Source: an uncultured Nitrososphaerales archaeon
GTDB lineage: Archaea > Thermoproteota > Nitrososphaeria > Nitrososphaerales > Nitrososphaeraceae
NCBI GenBank assembly: GCA_963841565.1
Contig: CAWJCY010000012.1
Span: 294,612-358,611, forward strand
DNA length: 64,000 bases
Direction: 5' to 3'
Below the pieces are notes generated by a model that worked only from the letters and a program-made list of their open reading frames with translations, made no database searches and was not told the DNA's origin. Position numbers and translations under genes: made by a program. Below are positions 20,234 to 31,895 of this stretch, piece after piece (positions within the stretch are counted from its first letter, which is position 1; every line of letters begins with the position of its first letter).

Positions 20234-20899
20234 ATGGATGCTAACTTACTTGACATTAATCGTAACATAGAAAAGGGGAATCTAGAGGATAGGAGTAATT
20301 CTACGAATGTATCCGAGGACATCAACTTAGAAAGCACGGCCTCAGAAGGTTTTGTGGATGAAACACCTAGCAGCATGCAGGAAAGCAATTTGATAAACGG
20401 ATCTGTCCTAGCCGAACCTACTGATAAGACTAGTGAGCACGCAACAGAAGATGCCGCAAAGTCCAAATTTTTTGCTATCAGGATAACAGGTGGGCAGGAG
20501 CGAGTCGTCGCCAACATTTTATACACAAAAATTACTACAAAGAAATTGAAAATTTTTTCGATTTTGGTGCTAGAAAACTTCAAAGGCTACATTATAGTCG
20601 AAGCACCTGACGCAAATGTAGCATATGAAGCGATGAGCGGAGTGCGACACGTTCGTGGACAAATACGTGGGGAATTGCCTTTTAAGGATATTGAAGGCTA
20701 TCTAGTTAAGAAACCTGTAGTAACTGATCTGAGCATAGATAATATGGTAGAGGTGGTTGCCGGACCCTTCAAATCCATGAAAGCAAAGGTAATCAGAGTT
20801 GACTACGAGAAACAGGAGGCAACAGTGGTTCTTCTCGATTCACCATATCAAATCCCGGTGACCGTTGATGCAAACTATCTCCGCAAATTGATTCAGTAA
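20234..20899 (+). CDS. spt5: transcription elongation factor Spt5 with acidic N-terminal extension
   Basis: NGN domain (TGGQE, KGYIIVE) and KOW (VEVVAGPFK). Confidence 0.95.
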   Translation: MDANLLDINRNIEKGNLEDRSNSTNVSEDINLESTASEGFVDETPSSMQESNLINGSVLAEPTDKTSEHATEDAAKSKFFAIRITGGQERVVANILYTKITTKKLKIFSILVLENFKGYIIVEAPDANVAYEAMSGVRHVRGQIRGELPFKDIEGYLVKKPVVTDLSIDNMVEVVAGPFKSMKAKVIRVDYEKQEATVVLLDSPYQIPVTVDANYLRKLIQ

Positions 20900-21008
20900 G
20901 GTGAAAAGGCTCCAATTCAGATTTATTGTTCAGATTTCTGATTAAATAAGTGGTTAGTTGAAGTAGCATAATCAATTTATATCCAGGTATAGCCTTTTGT
21001 TCTGCTGT

Positions 21009-21491
21009 ATGGGAGAGAAGAAGAGTATTTCCGCTCTTGTAAGCGGCGGAGAGGCCAGTGCAGGTCCTCCTCTGGGCCCTTCGTTAGGCCCAATGGGTCT
21101 TAACGTATTACAAGTTGTAAACACCATCAATGAAAAGACTAAAGACTTTCCTGGCATGAAGGTACCTGTCAAGGTCGAAGTTGATACCGAAACGAAGCAG
21201 TTTACCGTAGAAGTAGGCATACCTCCGACTGCGGCCCTTATTGCAAAAGAAGGTGGGTTTGGCAAGGGATCCGGTACTTCGGGAACCGACTACGTGGGAG
21301 ATTTGCCGATAGAAAAAGTTGTGAAAATAGCAAAGATGAAACTAGACAGTTCCTATGCGATCGACATCAAAGGAGTCGCTAAAGAAGTGATCGGATCCTG
21401 TTTAAGTATGGGAGTAAAAGTAGATGGAAAACTTCCCAAAGATATTTTCGCTGAGATATCCAAAGGAAACTATAATGAAAAGCTTGTATAG
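21009..21491 (+). CDS. rpl11: 50S ribosomal protein L11 (uL11)
   Basis: GGEASAGPPLGPSLGP, GIPPTAALI; follows spt5. Confidence 0.97.
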   Translation: MGEKKSISALVSGGEASAGPPLGPSLGPMGLNVLQVVNTINEKTKDFPGMKVPVKVEVDTETKQFTVEVGIPPTAALIAKEGGFGKGSGTSGTDYVGDLPIEKVVKIAKMKLDSSYAIDIKGVAKEVIGSCLSMGVKVDGKLPKDIFAEISKGNYNEKLV

Positions 21492-21557
21492 ATAGTTTCT
21501 AGAGTCAATGTGAATTGGTAAAATACGATTCAATTTGCATCAATTACCTATTATTTT

Positions 21558-22250
21558 CTACTTCTTTTTTGCGATGGATGGGTTCGAAACATACGCATCT
21601 GAATCTGCTACAACTGAGTAGCTTTTCCCTTTCTGAGTTTGTAATTTATCAACGATAGCAAGCCCGAAACTTGCTCCAGAATTGCTTGGGATATCTTTTG
21701 GCTCGGCTAGGCCTCTTCCTATAGCTATGACCCGACCATCCGTATCGTAAAGTGTAGCAAGAGCGATCGAGTTATTAGCGCTAGCTGGTCCAGAATTGAA
21801 TATGACACCATTGATATAATAGAACCCTAAAATATCTTGTCTGGATGAGTCAACCTTAATTCGGAGATCTACTGGCGGGGGTCCGCCTTCTGTCCCATTC
21901 ACAGATAGTTTGAAGTCCTTTACCTTATCAACGGTCTTCTGGTCTATGAAAAGAATTTCGAAAGGGGATACAAAACCTGGATTGATGGTTCTTAATTCAG
22001 CAGATCTTTTGTATTCGTTTATGATCTTGCCTTCTGAATCAAAAAATGTAGCGCCAATTGTGACATTCGTCATAGCCTCGTTCCCAATGTTTTTCAACTC
22101 CCCAAGAACATGCATGATGTTATTATCATCCACATAATTGTAAACATGATTTATTTCAAGATTATTTTGGGGGGTAGAGTATGAGTTAGGCGTCGTACAA
22201 GACATGGAGAACAAAAAAAGGATTCCGAATAGGAGAAACTTTCCCTCCAT
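21558..22250 (-). CDS. FxLYD-domain exported (lipo)protein with two repeats
   Basis: VLGELKN.G...ATFFDSEG and NGVIFNSG...ATLYDTDG; signal peptide with Cys. Confidence 0.8.
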   Translation of the reverse strand: MEGKFLLFGILFLFSMSCTTPNSYSTPQNNLEINHVYNYVDDNNIMHVLGELKNIGNEAMTNVTIGATFFDSEGKIINEYKRSAELRTINPGFVSPFEILFIDQKTVDKVKDFKLSVNGTEGGPPPVDLRIKVDSSRQDILGFYYINGVIFNSGPASANNSIALATLYDTDGRVIAIGRGLAEPKDIPSNSGASFGLAIVDKLQTQKGKSYSVVADSDAYVSNPSIAKKK

Positions 22251-22522
22251 GCAATTGCACCTAAGGTTAGGGAGGGCTATCTAAAAAGGCTTCATATAAT
22301 TCCTTAATTCTTAAGCAACACTGACGACAACTAACAGAATCGGATCAGAGCCATCCTGGCAGATCCACTGGCGTCCAACTTCCCAATTGGACTTAAAACA
22401 TTATGAACAGAACGAAGGGATACGAGTATGCCTTGGATTATTAGGATTTTGATGGATCAAATAACTATGTTAATCATAAGATAAATAAAGGAACAGCCCG
22501 TTAATGAGCTAAGGCGAGGATA

Positions 22523-22960
22523 TTGGACAACAGAGCGGCGAATGACCGAGATGATGAAAATGTAGCCAATAACGATGATGATGATGATTTTACCACAACC
22601 ACAAATGCAAGAGCTAATTTGTTGACATTAATGGATACATTCATTCAACAAATCCTCAATATTAGAAAAACACTATTAGGTGTTTCTATCTCCGCTTTAA
22701 TCTTAGCTCCTATCGCTATCGGTCTCTCGGTGTACTTGATTAGACATCCATCTTTCTTTGCTATTCTAGAAATAGAAAACGAATTTGGCACTGTATTAAG
22801 CATATTATTGGGTTCCGTGATTACAATTTCATGTATCTGGCTTTATGCAGGAATAAGGCAATACAAAAAGATCGGTTCATGGAATAGTCGATACAATGCC
22901 TACCTAAATGAGAAAAGCGAGATTAATAGAAAGATTTCATCCCAGTTTGGGTTGGAATAA
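22523..22960 (+). CDS. two-TM membrane hypothetical protein
   Basis: acidic N-terminus, two hydrophobic helices. Confidence 0.65.
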   Translation: MDNRAANDRDDENVANNDDDDDFTTTTNARANLLTLMDTFIQQILNIRKTLLGVSISALILAPIAIGLSVYLIRHPSFFAILEIENEFGTVLSILLGSVITISCIWLYAGIRQYKKIGSWNSRYNAYLNEKSEINRKISSQFGLE

Positions 22961-23065
22961 ATCGTAGTTCAACAATTACAGCTACATATAACTCTAGTAT
23001 TAATTTTGTATTTGTGCTTTTTTTAGAAATTCAACCCTCAGGTGCACACAATCCCCTACTCTTGC

Positions 23066-23389
23066 CTACTTTGAATCAGGGATCGACTCGCCTTGATTTC
23101 TTCTTCGCGGAAACATCTTTTCATAGGGGGCAAGTATAGTATTAAAAAAACTTATACCTTCAGAAGTGGTCATGTAAAGGCTAACTGATTTCTTACCAAT
23201 CAATCTTTCCTTTCTTGTAATCAAATTGTTTGATTCCATTTCATCGAGAATCACTTTATGTTTCTTGAGGTTTAGACCACAGAAACTTATCAATGCTGTC
23301 TGGTTTAATTCCCCATATTCAGCAAGTTTCAGAATAATATCTTCAATGATATAGATCCTGTCTCGGTATGATACTGTAGAACCAGACAA
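23066..23389 (-). CDS. small winged-helix transcriptional regulator
   Basis: YRDRIYIIEDII...LNQTALISFCGLN...YMTTSEG. Confidence 0.8.
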   Translation of the reverse strand: MSGSTVSYRDRIYIIEDIILKLAEYGELNQTALISFCGLNLKKHKVILDEMESNNLITRKERLIGKKSVSLYMTTSEGISFFNTILAPYEKMFPRRRNQGESIPDSK

Positions 23390-23599
23390 CGTAAGTCACT
23401 CACTCGATGCTCCTGATTAGGTATATAGTTTATCCCACACTAATTCCAAGCGTATATTTTTTCAATGCATTGTAATAGGTTCTCAGATATTTCAGACAAT
23501 ATGGTCTGGAAGCCTTTACATGAATTTGCCCTGAGTTGTTTAGCATAATAAGAATCTGATCTCCAAATAGAGATTTGAGGCCATGAAGCACTCACAAAC

Positions 23600-24590
23600 C
23601 TATTTCTTGCCTAGCATACTAACCTGGGCAAGAAATGCCGTAAGCTGAATATCGGGGTGTGCTCCTACGCTAAGGCGGTAGTCGTACTCGGCCATAAGCT
23701 CAGCAAATTTTCCAGGATCACTTAATTTCATTGAGAAAGCTTCTTGAGCCACATATTTTAAGAAGTCTTTTTCTGACATACCAAATACTTGGGTCAATTC
23801 CAATAGCATTACTCTGGCTTCATTAAACTTACCGGCAAGGGCAAGCTTTATCACTTCACCTGCCTTTGCTCTACCAGATAAACCAATAGACAATTCCACC
23901 TTTTCAGAGGATAAATTGTTATTCGTCGCCGCAGATTGCAGAATATTGATAGAATGGCGAAGATCTCCTGAAGTAGATTCGTAGATTCTAGAGAGGGCCT
24001 TATCATCAAATTCTATTCCTTCTTGCCTACAGATTTCAGATAAATGATTTACCACTTCCTGCTTAGGTAATCTGGTGAAGCGAAATATTACACATCGACT
24101 TTGTATAGGTTCTATGAGCTGGGTAAGATAATTGCATATAATGATAAAACGCGTCGTCCTTGAACTATCTTCGATAATTCTCCTCAATGCAGTCTGAGCT
24201 TCAGAGGTCATCTCGTCAGCTTCATCGAGAATTATGATACGATAGGGCTTATCATTGCTTTCAGTGGTAGATGAGAACTTCATTACAGCAGCGAATTCTT
24301 TAACACGCTCACGGACCATCTTTATGCCACGTTCGTCAGAGGCATTCAATTCAAGCGTATCCCTTCTCCAATTTTCCCCCAACAATTCTTTGGCAATGCA
24401 TAAGGCTCGCCGTAGTCTTGCCAACCCCTGCAGGTCCTGCAAATATTAAATGGGGTATTTCGTTAGGGTTCTTGATAAGATTTCGAAGTCCTCTTATAAT
24501 ATCACTTTGATTTGCTATCTGTTCAAGTGAGGATGGACGGTATTTCTCGACCCACATTAGACTTGATATAACTTGATGCTTACTTGACAT
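23600..24590 (-). CDS. rfcS: replication factor C small subunit (split by a +1 insertion at ~24407)
   Basis: WVEKYRP, GPAGVGKTT, ELNASDERG, LDEAD, IQSRC; removing one base restores GKTTAALCIAKEL and a 329-aa ORF. Confidence 0.92.
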
Positions 24591-24801
24591 GAACTTCTAT
24601 GTGGATTGTTGAAGGCAGAAAACAGAATATTAGCATTACTGTCGCTACCTAATAGCGTGGGTCTATGACATGTAGTTCAGCACAAATGAATTAAGATCTA
24701 CTTGCGTGAATATTGGACCTTTGCTTCCACATTCGTAATATCAATTTGCATTGGTAGTAAAGCACAATTATCCTCATCGAATGGTAACAAAAATATTATA
24801 A

Positions 24802-25599
24802 TTGACTCTTTTACCAGACGTGACTGTAAGCTGCGAAGCGATCTGTGACTTAATAGAAAAATTTATCAAGCATGAACTGCATCAGGCCAAACGTGAAAAA
24901 GTAGTAGTTGGCCTAAGCGGAGGACTTGACTCGTCGGTTACTGCATGTTTGGCTGTCAGAGCGTTATCAAATAAAAGTGTGTTTTCAGTCATACTCCCTG
25001 ATTTTCCTATAACCCCAAACTCGGATGTGGATGATGCAACTGAACTTGCTAATAAACTACACATACAATCTAAAACTATGAATATTAGTAATATCAAGTC
25101 AGAGTTCCTTTCCTTTCTTCCTAGAAATACGTACGCGGAGGGGAATCTAACTGCCAGAATAAGAATGTGTATCCTATACTATTACTCGTTCATCTACAAT
25201 GGACTAGTGTTAGGAACATCAGATAAGAGCGAATTACTGCTTGGTTATTACACAAAGTTTGGAGACGGAGCGGCAGATTTGTTTCCATTGGGGGACGTCT
25301 ACAAAACCCAAGTGAGGGAGCTTGCCGAATATTTAGAACTTCCACTCTCAATCCGGGATAAGAAAAGTAGCCCTCGATTATGGAAAGACCAAACGGCTGA
25401 AGAAGAGCTTGGGGCTGATTACGATGAAATTGATCAAATTCTTAAGAATCTAGAATCCACAGGCACAAGAAACACCGGAGATGAGCATCATAGTTATGAA
25501 ATTTCAACAAAGATGCTAGCTAGAATTGAACAAACAATCAAAAGAAATGCTCATAAGGCAAAGCCATTAAAAATATGTAGAATTGGCAGCAATTCTTAA
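24802..25599 (+). CDS. nadE: NH3-dependent NAD+ synthetase
   Basis: GLSGGLDSS, GNLTARIRM, GYYTKFGDG, YKTQV. Confidence 0.95.
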   Translation: MTLLPDVTVSCEAICDLIEKFIKHELHQAKREKVVVGLSGGLDSSVTACLAVRALSNKSVFSVILPDFPITPNSDVDDATELANKLHIQSKTMNISNIKSEFLSFLPRNTYAEGNLTARIRMCILYYYSFIYNGLVLGTSDKSELLLGYYTKFGDGAADLFPLGDVYKTQVRELAEYLELPLSIRDKKSSPRLWKDQTAEEELGADYDEIDQILKNLESTGTRNTGDEHHSYEISTKMLARIEQTIKRNAHKAKPLKICRIGSNS

Positions 25600-26054
25600 G
25601 CAACATCAAATCAACAGTTTCAATTGCAGACCCTTAGTCTATTTTCAAAATAAGAGACTAATGGTGGGCTGCACATTGGAATTCATTGACGATTATTTCC
25701 AGCTGTAAGGGTAAAATTTGCTTTTGTTACTCCATATATCTAATACTATGCGACTACACTCCCACGATTGATTGTTTTTGGTCTTTAATATAATTGCAAT
25801 ATAACTTTTTTAAAAAGTGAAATGATGATCGATTAATAACTAGAGATACAACATTTCAACGATAAATTCAGTATCTCATGTTGAAATATGCTACTGAACC
25901 ATCCAATCGTCTTGCTTTTAGCTATGGAAAATGAAACAAAATAATCAAAGAATTTATGAGCTATCCTGTAATGGTTCAGTAGGATATCCTCAAATCAGTA
26001 CTATGTTAGTACATATTTATCGCAAGTTCTGTCTAAGAGAACCCCTTATTTGGC

Positions 26055-26261
26055 TTAGTATGAATGGAGTTCTATTTTATGGAGCTTTAATTCTTTCAAC
26101 GTTCCGAACAACACTGAACATTTTTCGCACTTCCATTGGTTCGCTCTGGCCTGCTCGTAGCTATTGTAGGTAGCATCCTTACTTTCATACCTTCTTGTTT
26201 TGAAATTATACACAGACTGGTTATAGTTTACCCTGTACTTCAATTTAGAAAAGTCAATCAA
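26055..26261 (-). CDS. small C2H2 zinc-finger protein
   Basis: WKCEKCSVLF..LKELKLHKIELH. Confidence 0.7.
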   Translation of the reverse strand: MIDFSKLKYRVNYNQSVYNFKTRRYESKDATYNSYEQARANQWKCEKCSVLFGTLKELKLHKIELHSY

Positions 26262-26434
26262 TGTGTTTCTTACTTTAGCAGCATCTTAAAAACTATATGT
26301 CACATATATGAATAAAATTTAGTTGTAACATTGAACGTATTGTTTAATTAGAAAAATTTTCAGTGGAAAATTTGTGAGGTCTATTCTTACGTTCAAGGCT
26401 CAAGAAGTGTAGTTATATTTTTTTACCTAATTAC

Positions 26435-27262
26435 TTAGATAAGACTGACAAATATTAGCGATCCTATTAGGAAGCAATAAAACGAAAATAGGTAGAATTC
26501 TCCTTTGTTGATGATGCTAATTAAAAATTTTATTGAGGCATATCCTACTGCAGCAGCTGAAAGTGTCCCGATTATATAAGATTCTAGTGGAATTTGATAT
26601 ATTTCAACTTGAGATAAGTTATCTGCAAAAACCAAGTCATAAAACCCTGCCCCTAGAATAGCTGGAATTGAAAGTAAGAATGAATATGTAATTAGCTCAG
26701 ATCTTTCGATGTGCCTGAACATCCCAATAGAAATCGTTGCTCCACTTCTTGAAATGCTTGAGAAAATGGAAAGTCCTTGTCCCACGCCTATCAGAAAGGC
26801 ATCGATTTTTCCTATTGAATTTGCGCCTTTGCCGATAAACTTTGTGACAAAGATCATAGCTCCGCTGATTATGAAACCCAACCCAATTGACCACATACTG
26901 TAAAAGGATTCCTCAAAGATCGATCTAAACCCTATTCCCATCAAAGCCGTAGGAATCATTCCTAGAATAATAAGCAAGAGATACCTTCTACCCCACTTGA
27001 TGCTCTTAAATTCCACTTCGTTTTTGAAATTATTCTTTCGGTGAATTGATTTAACTGACTTTAGAATCGACAATAGGTCATGCCGGTAGACCCCAATAAC
27101 TGCCGGAAGTGTACCAAGATGCAAAACGATATCAAAAAAAATTGGAACCTGAAGATTCATAGCGAGCTGAACTAAGGCCAAATGCCCAGAGCTGGAAATT
27201 GGAAGCCATTCTGTAAGTCCTTGAACAATGCCTAGAATCAATGCCTGGATTGCATCTATCAT
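26435..27262 (-). CDS. uppP: undecaprenyl/polyprenyl-diphosphate phosphatase
   Basis: GIVQGLTEWLPISSSGHL, SRSGATI. Confidence 0.93.
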   Translation of the reverse strand: MIDAIQALILGIVQGLTEWLPISSSGHLALVQLAMNLQVPIFFDIVLHLGTLPAVIGVYRHDLLSILKSVKSIHRKNNFKNEVEFKSIKWGRRYLLLIILGMIPTALMGIGFRSIFEESFYSMWSIGLGFIISGAMIFVTKFIGKGANSIGKIDAFLIGVGQGLSIFSSISRSGATISIGMFRHIERSELITYSFLLSIPAILGAGFYDLVFADNLSQVEIYQIPLESYIIGTLSAAAVGYASIKFLISIINKGEFYLFSFYCFLIGSLIFVSLI

Positions 27263-27661
27263 GATAAAGGGGAATAATTAGGATACCCCTATTTAATTTC
27301 ACAGTAGGGAGGAGCAATTGAGGCAAATAGTCAACAAGTCAATATGCCCTCTTGTTAATTTGAACGTGAAGAATTTTTTCTTAACACGACAAACTAACTT
27401 TTCATAATTAAATGCAGATGAGATATCTAGGAATCGTGTTAAAGTTGAAGACTCTATGCAAAAAGATTACTGAAAATAATAATAATGCAATCAGTCTAAT
27501 ATTTGCTTGAAATCAAGCTGCAGTCAGGCAAATCGGAAGGGCACAACAAATCTTGTGTTTTTTTACGTACCAGTATAGCATAATTGAGATGATTTCCTCC
27601 TCCCTTTGATTTGAAGAGATTCGACAGAATTGTGCTATTAATATAGTATGGATGAGATTTT

Positions 27662-27979
27662 TTGGCCATGTCAAAATGCACCGTTCATTCAGATTTCTTT
27701 GACGACAACTGTGCAGAATGCAAGAGAGAGTATGCAGATTTGAAAGGACATCATGAACTTCCTCGACAGACAAAAAAAGAAAAGCGTCGAAAATCAAAAG
27801 TTAAATTTCCAAATTATAAAGAATTTACCGAGGAGAGAGCCAAAAAACTCTATGAGGATCTCATCTTGCAATATTTGGGTAAAGAAATCGGCGAACTGGA
27901 AGCGGCTGAACGTGCACGGGCAATAATAAGAAAGCAATGTATGGTGAGAGGAATCAAAGTCTGGCCATGGGTGGGATAA
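27662..27979 (+). CDS. hypothetical protein with N-terminal CxxH-CxxC
   Basis: CTVH...CAEC; basic/helical body. Confidence 0.6.
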   Translation: MAMSKCTVHSDFFDDNCAECKREYADLKGHHELPRQTKKEKRRKSKVKFPNYKEFTEERAKKLYEDLILQYLGKEIGELEAAERARAIIRKQCMVRGIKVWPWVG

Positions 27980-28167
27980 TCAGCAGCGCTACGATAAAAT
28001 GCAAATGAACGCAAAGGGGTTCGACGTGATCTGACACGTATTTAAAAGCAAGATCGGAGCAGCTCTCATGTCTCAAAGGTATCGACGGTATTCATTCCAT
28101 TTCACAGTTTGCATTGTGCCTACTCTCCAATATTTATAAATACTAACAGTCAATACACCTTGCTAAA

Positions 28168-28389
28168 TTGCATCCGTTACTCATAGCGGCCATGGCAGTG
28201 GGCATGAATGTACCTCTAATGGTACTTCTTGTGGGTTCGGTCACATTTATGAAATGGAGCTTTGGAGACGAACCATACACCTCATTGTCTATGCTTCTGG
28301 GAATTGTGGCAATACCATTTGGCATTGGTTTAATGACAATCTCCTTGGAGGTTCGAAAGAACTATAAGAATCGGATTCGAACAGAGTAA
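28168..28389 (+). CDS. small two-TM membrane protein
   Basis: two hydrophobic segments; TTTATAAA box at ~28133 upstream. Confidence 0.6.
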   Translation: MHPLLIAAMAVGMNVPLMVLLVGSVTFMKWSFGDEPYTSLSMLLGIVAIPFGIGLMTISLEVRKNYKNRIRTE

Positions 28390-29274
28390 TTCTAAGAAAG
28401 CATGAATTGAGAAGAATGTTGGTTAGCTCCCATCTGAAAGGAATGTATGCCTTATCGCTTTCGGTCTATTCTATATGCATTTGATCCTCTCAAAGTATTG
28501 GTATCTTATTTGAGAGATGTCGGTGGGGTTTTTTGCTTTTAAAGAAGATTGCGACTAACGAGTAAGTTTTCTTGTAGGGAATTAAATAGATTAATTTCTT
28601 ATCATAAAATTGGTACCAAGCCAAAAACCCAAACATTTGAAAAAAAGGAACCGAGAGTTAGCTCCAATCGTTTCTTAATGATGAGATGCAATTCGTCCTG
28701 GTTCGAATTATAAGTCAATCATTTTTGACCAGAAATGATTCTGACATATAATTTGAAGCTACATGACATCATATTGTAAAATAATGAACCAGAGGTAAAT
28801 CAGTATGATTAGGTTGGGAAAGCCTCTGCTCTACTCTGATCATAACTGTGAATACTCTTTTGCTCAGGGAGTCTGATAAACAAATTATTATTTGTTCGAT
28901 TTCGGAGTCTCACAACTGATGCGTCATCGATATGTTCATTTGATGTCCCTTTCGTTCGCATTTTGCAATCTTACACTTTTCTAGAGATATCGCTTGCTGG
29001 AATATACAGATTGTGTATGAATTCTATGGTACATTATGTATGAAATATTAATCTATATAATCAATATATCCCCCAGTTACGCATTGACCTAATATAGTAT
29101 GTTTGGTATATTTGACTTAAAAAATACTAAATAGGGCATGATACGCGGGATAATGCTAATGGAACACATAACTCATTCCATCTTGCTGCACTCCAAGATA
29201 TCCGTTCCTAGGTTCAACTCATAGGACATGTGATGTCGGAAAACAGTCATTACTGTTTGAGTCGTTTCCTGCTA

Positions 29275-30832
29275 TCAAAAGATGCTCTTGTCCTCAACCT
29301 TCACCTCGATATTATTGGATTCTAGATGTATATTGTAATCCACTGGAACGCCCAATGTCAAGATCAAGGATTTTTTCGCTTCTTCAAATAAGTATCTTGG
29401 AAATTTAGACAAATCATTGCATCTAAGATCGATGTGGAAAATGTTTCCGTCGTACATTACATAATTTATAGCTGCATGACCCTTTTCAATAGCAGCAATA
29501 AAGTTGAGACACGAAGATATCTTTTCGATCGATCTTTTGTTTTGTGGTGTGTGAAGAATAGACTTATACTTCGCAAATAAGCGATTAGAAGCCTTTTGTT
29601 TCTTTGAGTGTATTATAGAAAGACATAGAACTAGCAGCTCACCGTGGCTTAGATTCTTGTATTCATCGTCTATCAAGGCATAGAATAAAGTGTTTGTATT
29701 GAGAATGCCATGGAATTGACGGACCCGCTGAAGAGCTTCAATCAAGATTTGATGTTCTCGCTCTTTTAATAGTCCAGATGATAGTAACGTCTCTAGAAAG
29801 TCGTGGTAACGACTTGGTGGGGAGATGTGCCTGCAGCCAGTCTTGACAACGTGCTCGACTTGCGAACGAAGAGTTGGTTGGTTGTTATTTGAAGATAGAT
29901 ACCCGGGATCATTAATGAAAGAAAGTACAAGGCCTTCTCTCAATCCTTCAGTACTTACTACCACAGAATCATACCCAAGCTTTCTCATAAGTGATGATAT
30001 GACGTAACACCCAGGGACAACTGTATCAGCTCTGCTACTTCCTATTGATTCAATTTCTGTGATTTCAGCTATCGACAAACCTGATAGCCTTTCAGTTATC
30101 TCTTCTATATGTTCAATTTTCATCTTATAATTGTTGATCTTATCCAAAGGATAATTGGTTAGATCTTGGTCGTACTGTGCCACTGTTCGAAGCGTCCCCC
30201 CTACTCCTACAAGGGTAACATCAGGACTAAAGGCGAATTGTTTCCTATCTGGGAGTGATTTTAGAATACGCTGTTCGAGCTTCATGAGACGCTTCCGAAC
30301 GTATTTTCTTCCCAGGTAGTCGTTCTTCTGATTCAACATTCTCGCCATTCGTAGGGCCCCCAATGGGAGTGAGAAATTATTGCGAATCTTGAGATCCTGA
30401 GAATGTCACTAACTCCAAGCTCCCTCCACCAAGGTCGAAGAAAAGCGCGTCTGAGATACATGTTGAATGTAGAGCTCCGCACCATGAATAATACGATTCT
30501 TCTTTATGTGAAAGTATCCTAAATGAGAATCCGGTCTTCTCATAAATATCTGAAATAAACCTATTTCTATTCTTTGCCTCACGTACAGCACTCGTTGCCA
30601 CCGCCAGGATATTTTTTACGTCGTCAGATACTAATATGTCCCTAAATAGCCTTAGACTTTCAATCGTATCTCCAGTCGCTACCTCACTAAGATAACCGCT
30701 TTCGGTTAGACCTCTACCGATTTTTGTCTTGATGCTTCTTCTATCATAAGCCCTAAATGTGCCGTCAGAGTTTACCCTATAACATACTAATTTAACTGAA
30801 TTGTACCCTAAATCGATAACAGAGAGTTTCAT
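29275..30832 (-). CDS. ppx: Ppx/GppA-family exopolyphosphatase (split by a +1 insertion at ~30406)
   Basis: IDLGYNS, ATSAVREA, DLGGGSLE, GVGGT, GLREG; corrected junction reads SLELVHSQDLKIRNNFSLPLGALR. Confidence 0.9.
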
Positions 30833-30905
30833 TTTCTTCCCACAAAAAATCTATGAACTAGGTAATTGAGTGGCCCTTGCAGGTATCCAATCTCCAAGTG
30901 AATGC

Positions 30906-31415
30906 TCAAGGAGACTGTGACCGTCGCATCAATCTGGGGCTCAATAGCCAGCGTAACTCGGCAGTCATTTTGGGAAAATTCGACAGAATCCTAAGCTTCG
31001 CGAAGCCCCCTTTTTTAAGCACTAGATTTCCCCTAGGATTTCCGAACGCAATCTCGGATATAAACGAGCTAAGAAAAGGTTCATGGCCTACCAGAAGAAT
31101 TGTAGAATCTTCCTTGAGTTTGGAAAGTTTATCAACGAGAGCTTGTTTAGTCGCTTCAGGTTTAAGTTCATCCCAATCTTCCAAATTGTTGGCGACCTTG
31201 AAAATCTTCGACACAATAAATGCGGTCTGATGCGCCCTTTTTAGCGGACTAGAGATAATCAGACTAAATTTGATGTTTAGGTTTTTCAGAAAATATGAAA
31301 TCTCTTCTATTTCTTTTTTACCCGACATAGTTAGTGGCCGATCTGCATCAGAGGCAGATGGACCAGATTGAATATTCTTGACCGCCTCCCCATGGCGCAT
31401 TACATAGAGTTCCAA
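30906..31415 (-). CDS. sixA: phosphohistidine phosphatase SixA
   Basis: MRHGEA, DRPLT, SSPLKRAHQTA, LVGHEP. Confidence 0.92.
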   Translation of the reverse strand: MELYVMRHGEAVKNIQSGPSASDADRPLTMSGKKEIEEISYFLKNLNIKFSLIISSPLKRAHQTAFIVSKIFKVANNLEDWDELKPEATKQALVDKLSKLKEDSTILLVGHEPFLSSFISEIAFGNPRGNLVLKKGGFAKLRILSNFPKMTAELRWLLSPRLMRRSQSP

Positions 31416-31895
31416 TTTTGACCTATTTAGTCGGCATACTATATATTATATTTTTTATTTGTGAGGTCAAAGATTCCCTTGAAAACAGTATCCGTTATGT
31501 AATGAGTTATGATTAGCCTATTAATGTCAAGTATTACTTGATGGTAAACTCCTAACGCGGCACGCAAATCAAATGACTAAAGGATGCAATTTGTTATTTT
31601 TGAATTTCTTGTAGTAATCAATATAGCTCTACAGGATCTATATGATACCCACACAATGATTTGTTTCATATTACCATGAATCGTAACATTTATTCTTTAC
31701 CTTACTTAATGCAAGTACTTGTTACCCTATTTCAATGACAGATATTCTGTTTAAAATGATCCTAAAGAGACCTATTCGATTCGCCACGGCGACGGCCCTA
31801 GTCATAAAGATAACTTCGACGATTGTTTCTGATTTGAGGTCTAGAGCATCAATATTCCGTATTAACAGTTTTTATAATCTCTTTTCTTACATCCA

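Noticed and set aside
23600-24590. Intein or split intein in rfcS
   Set aside because: The corrected length of 329 aa is normal and there are no intein terminal motifs
28678-28744. C/D box sRNA (ATGATGA...CTGA)
   Set aside because: Internal D'/C' boxes and guide spacing are unconvincing; likely chance
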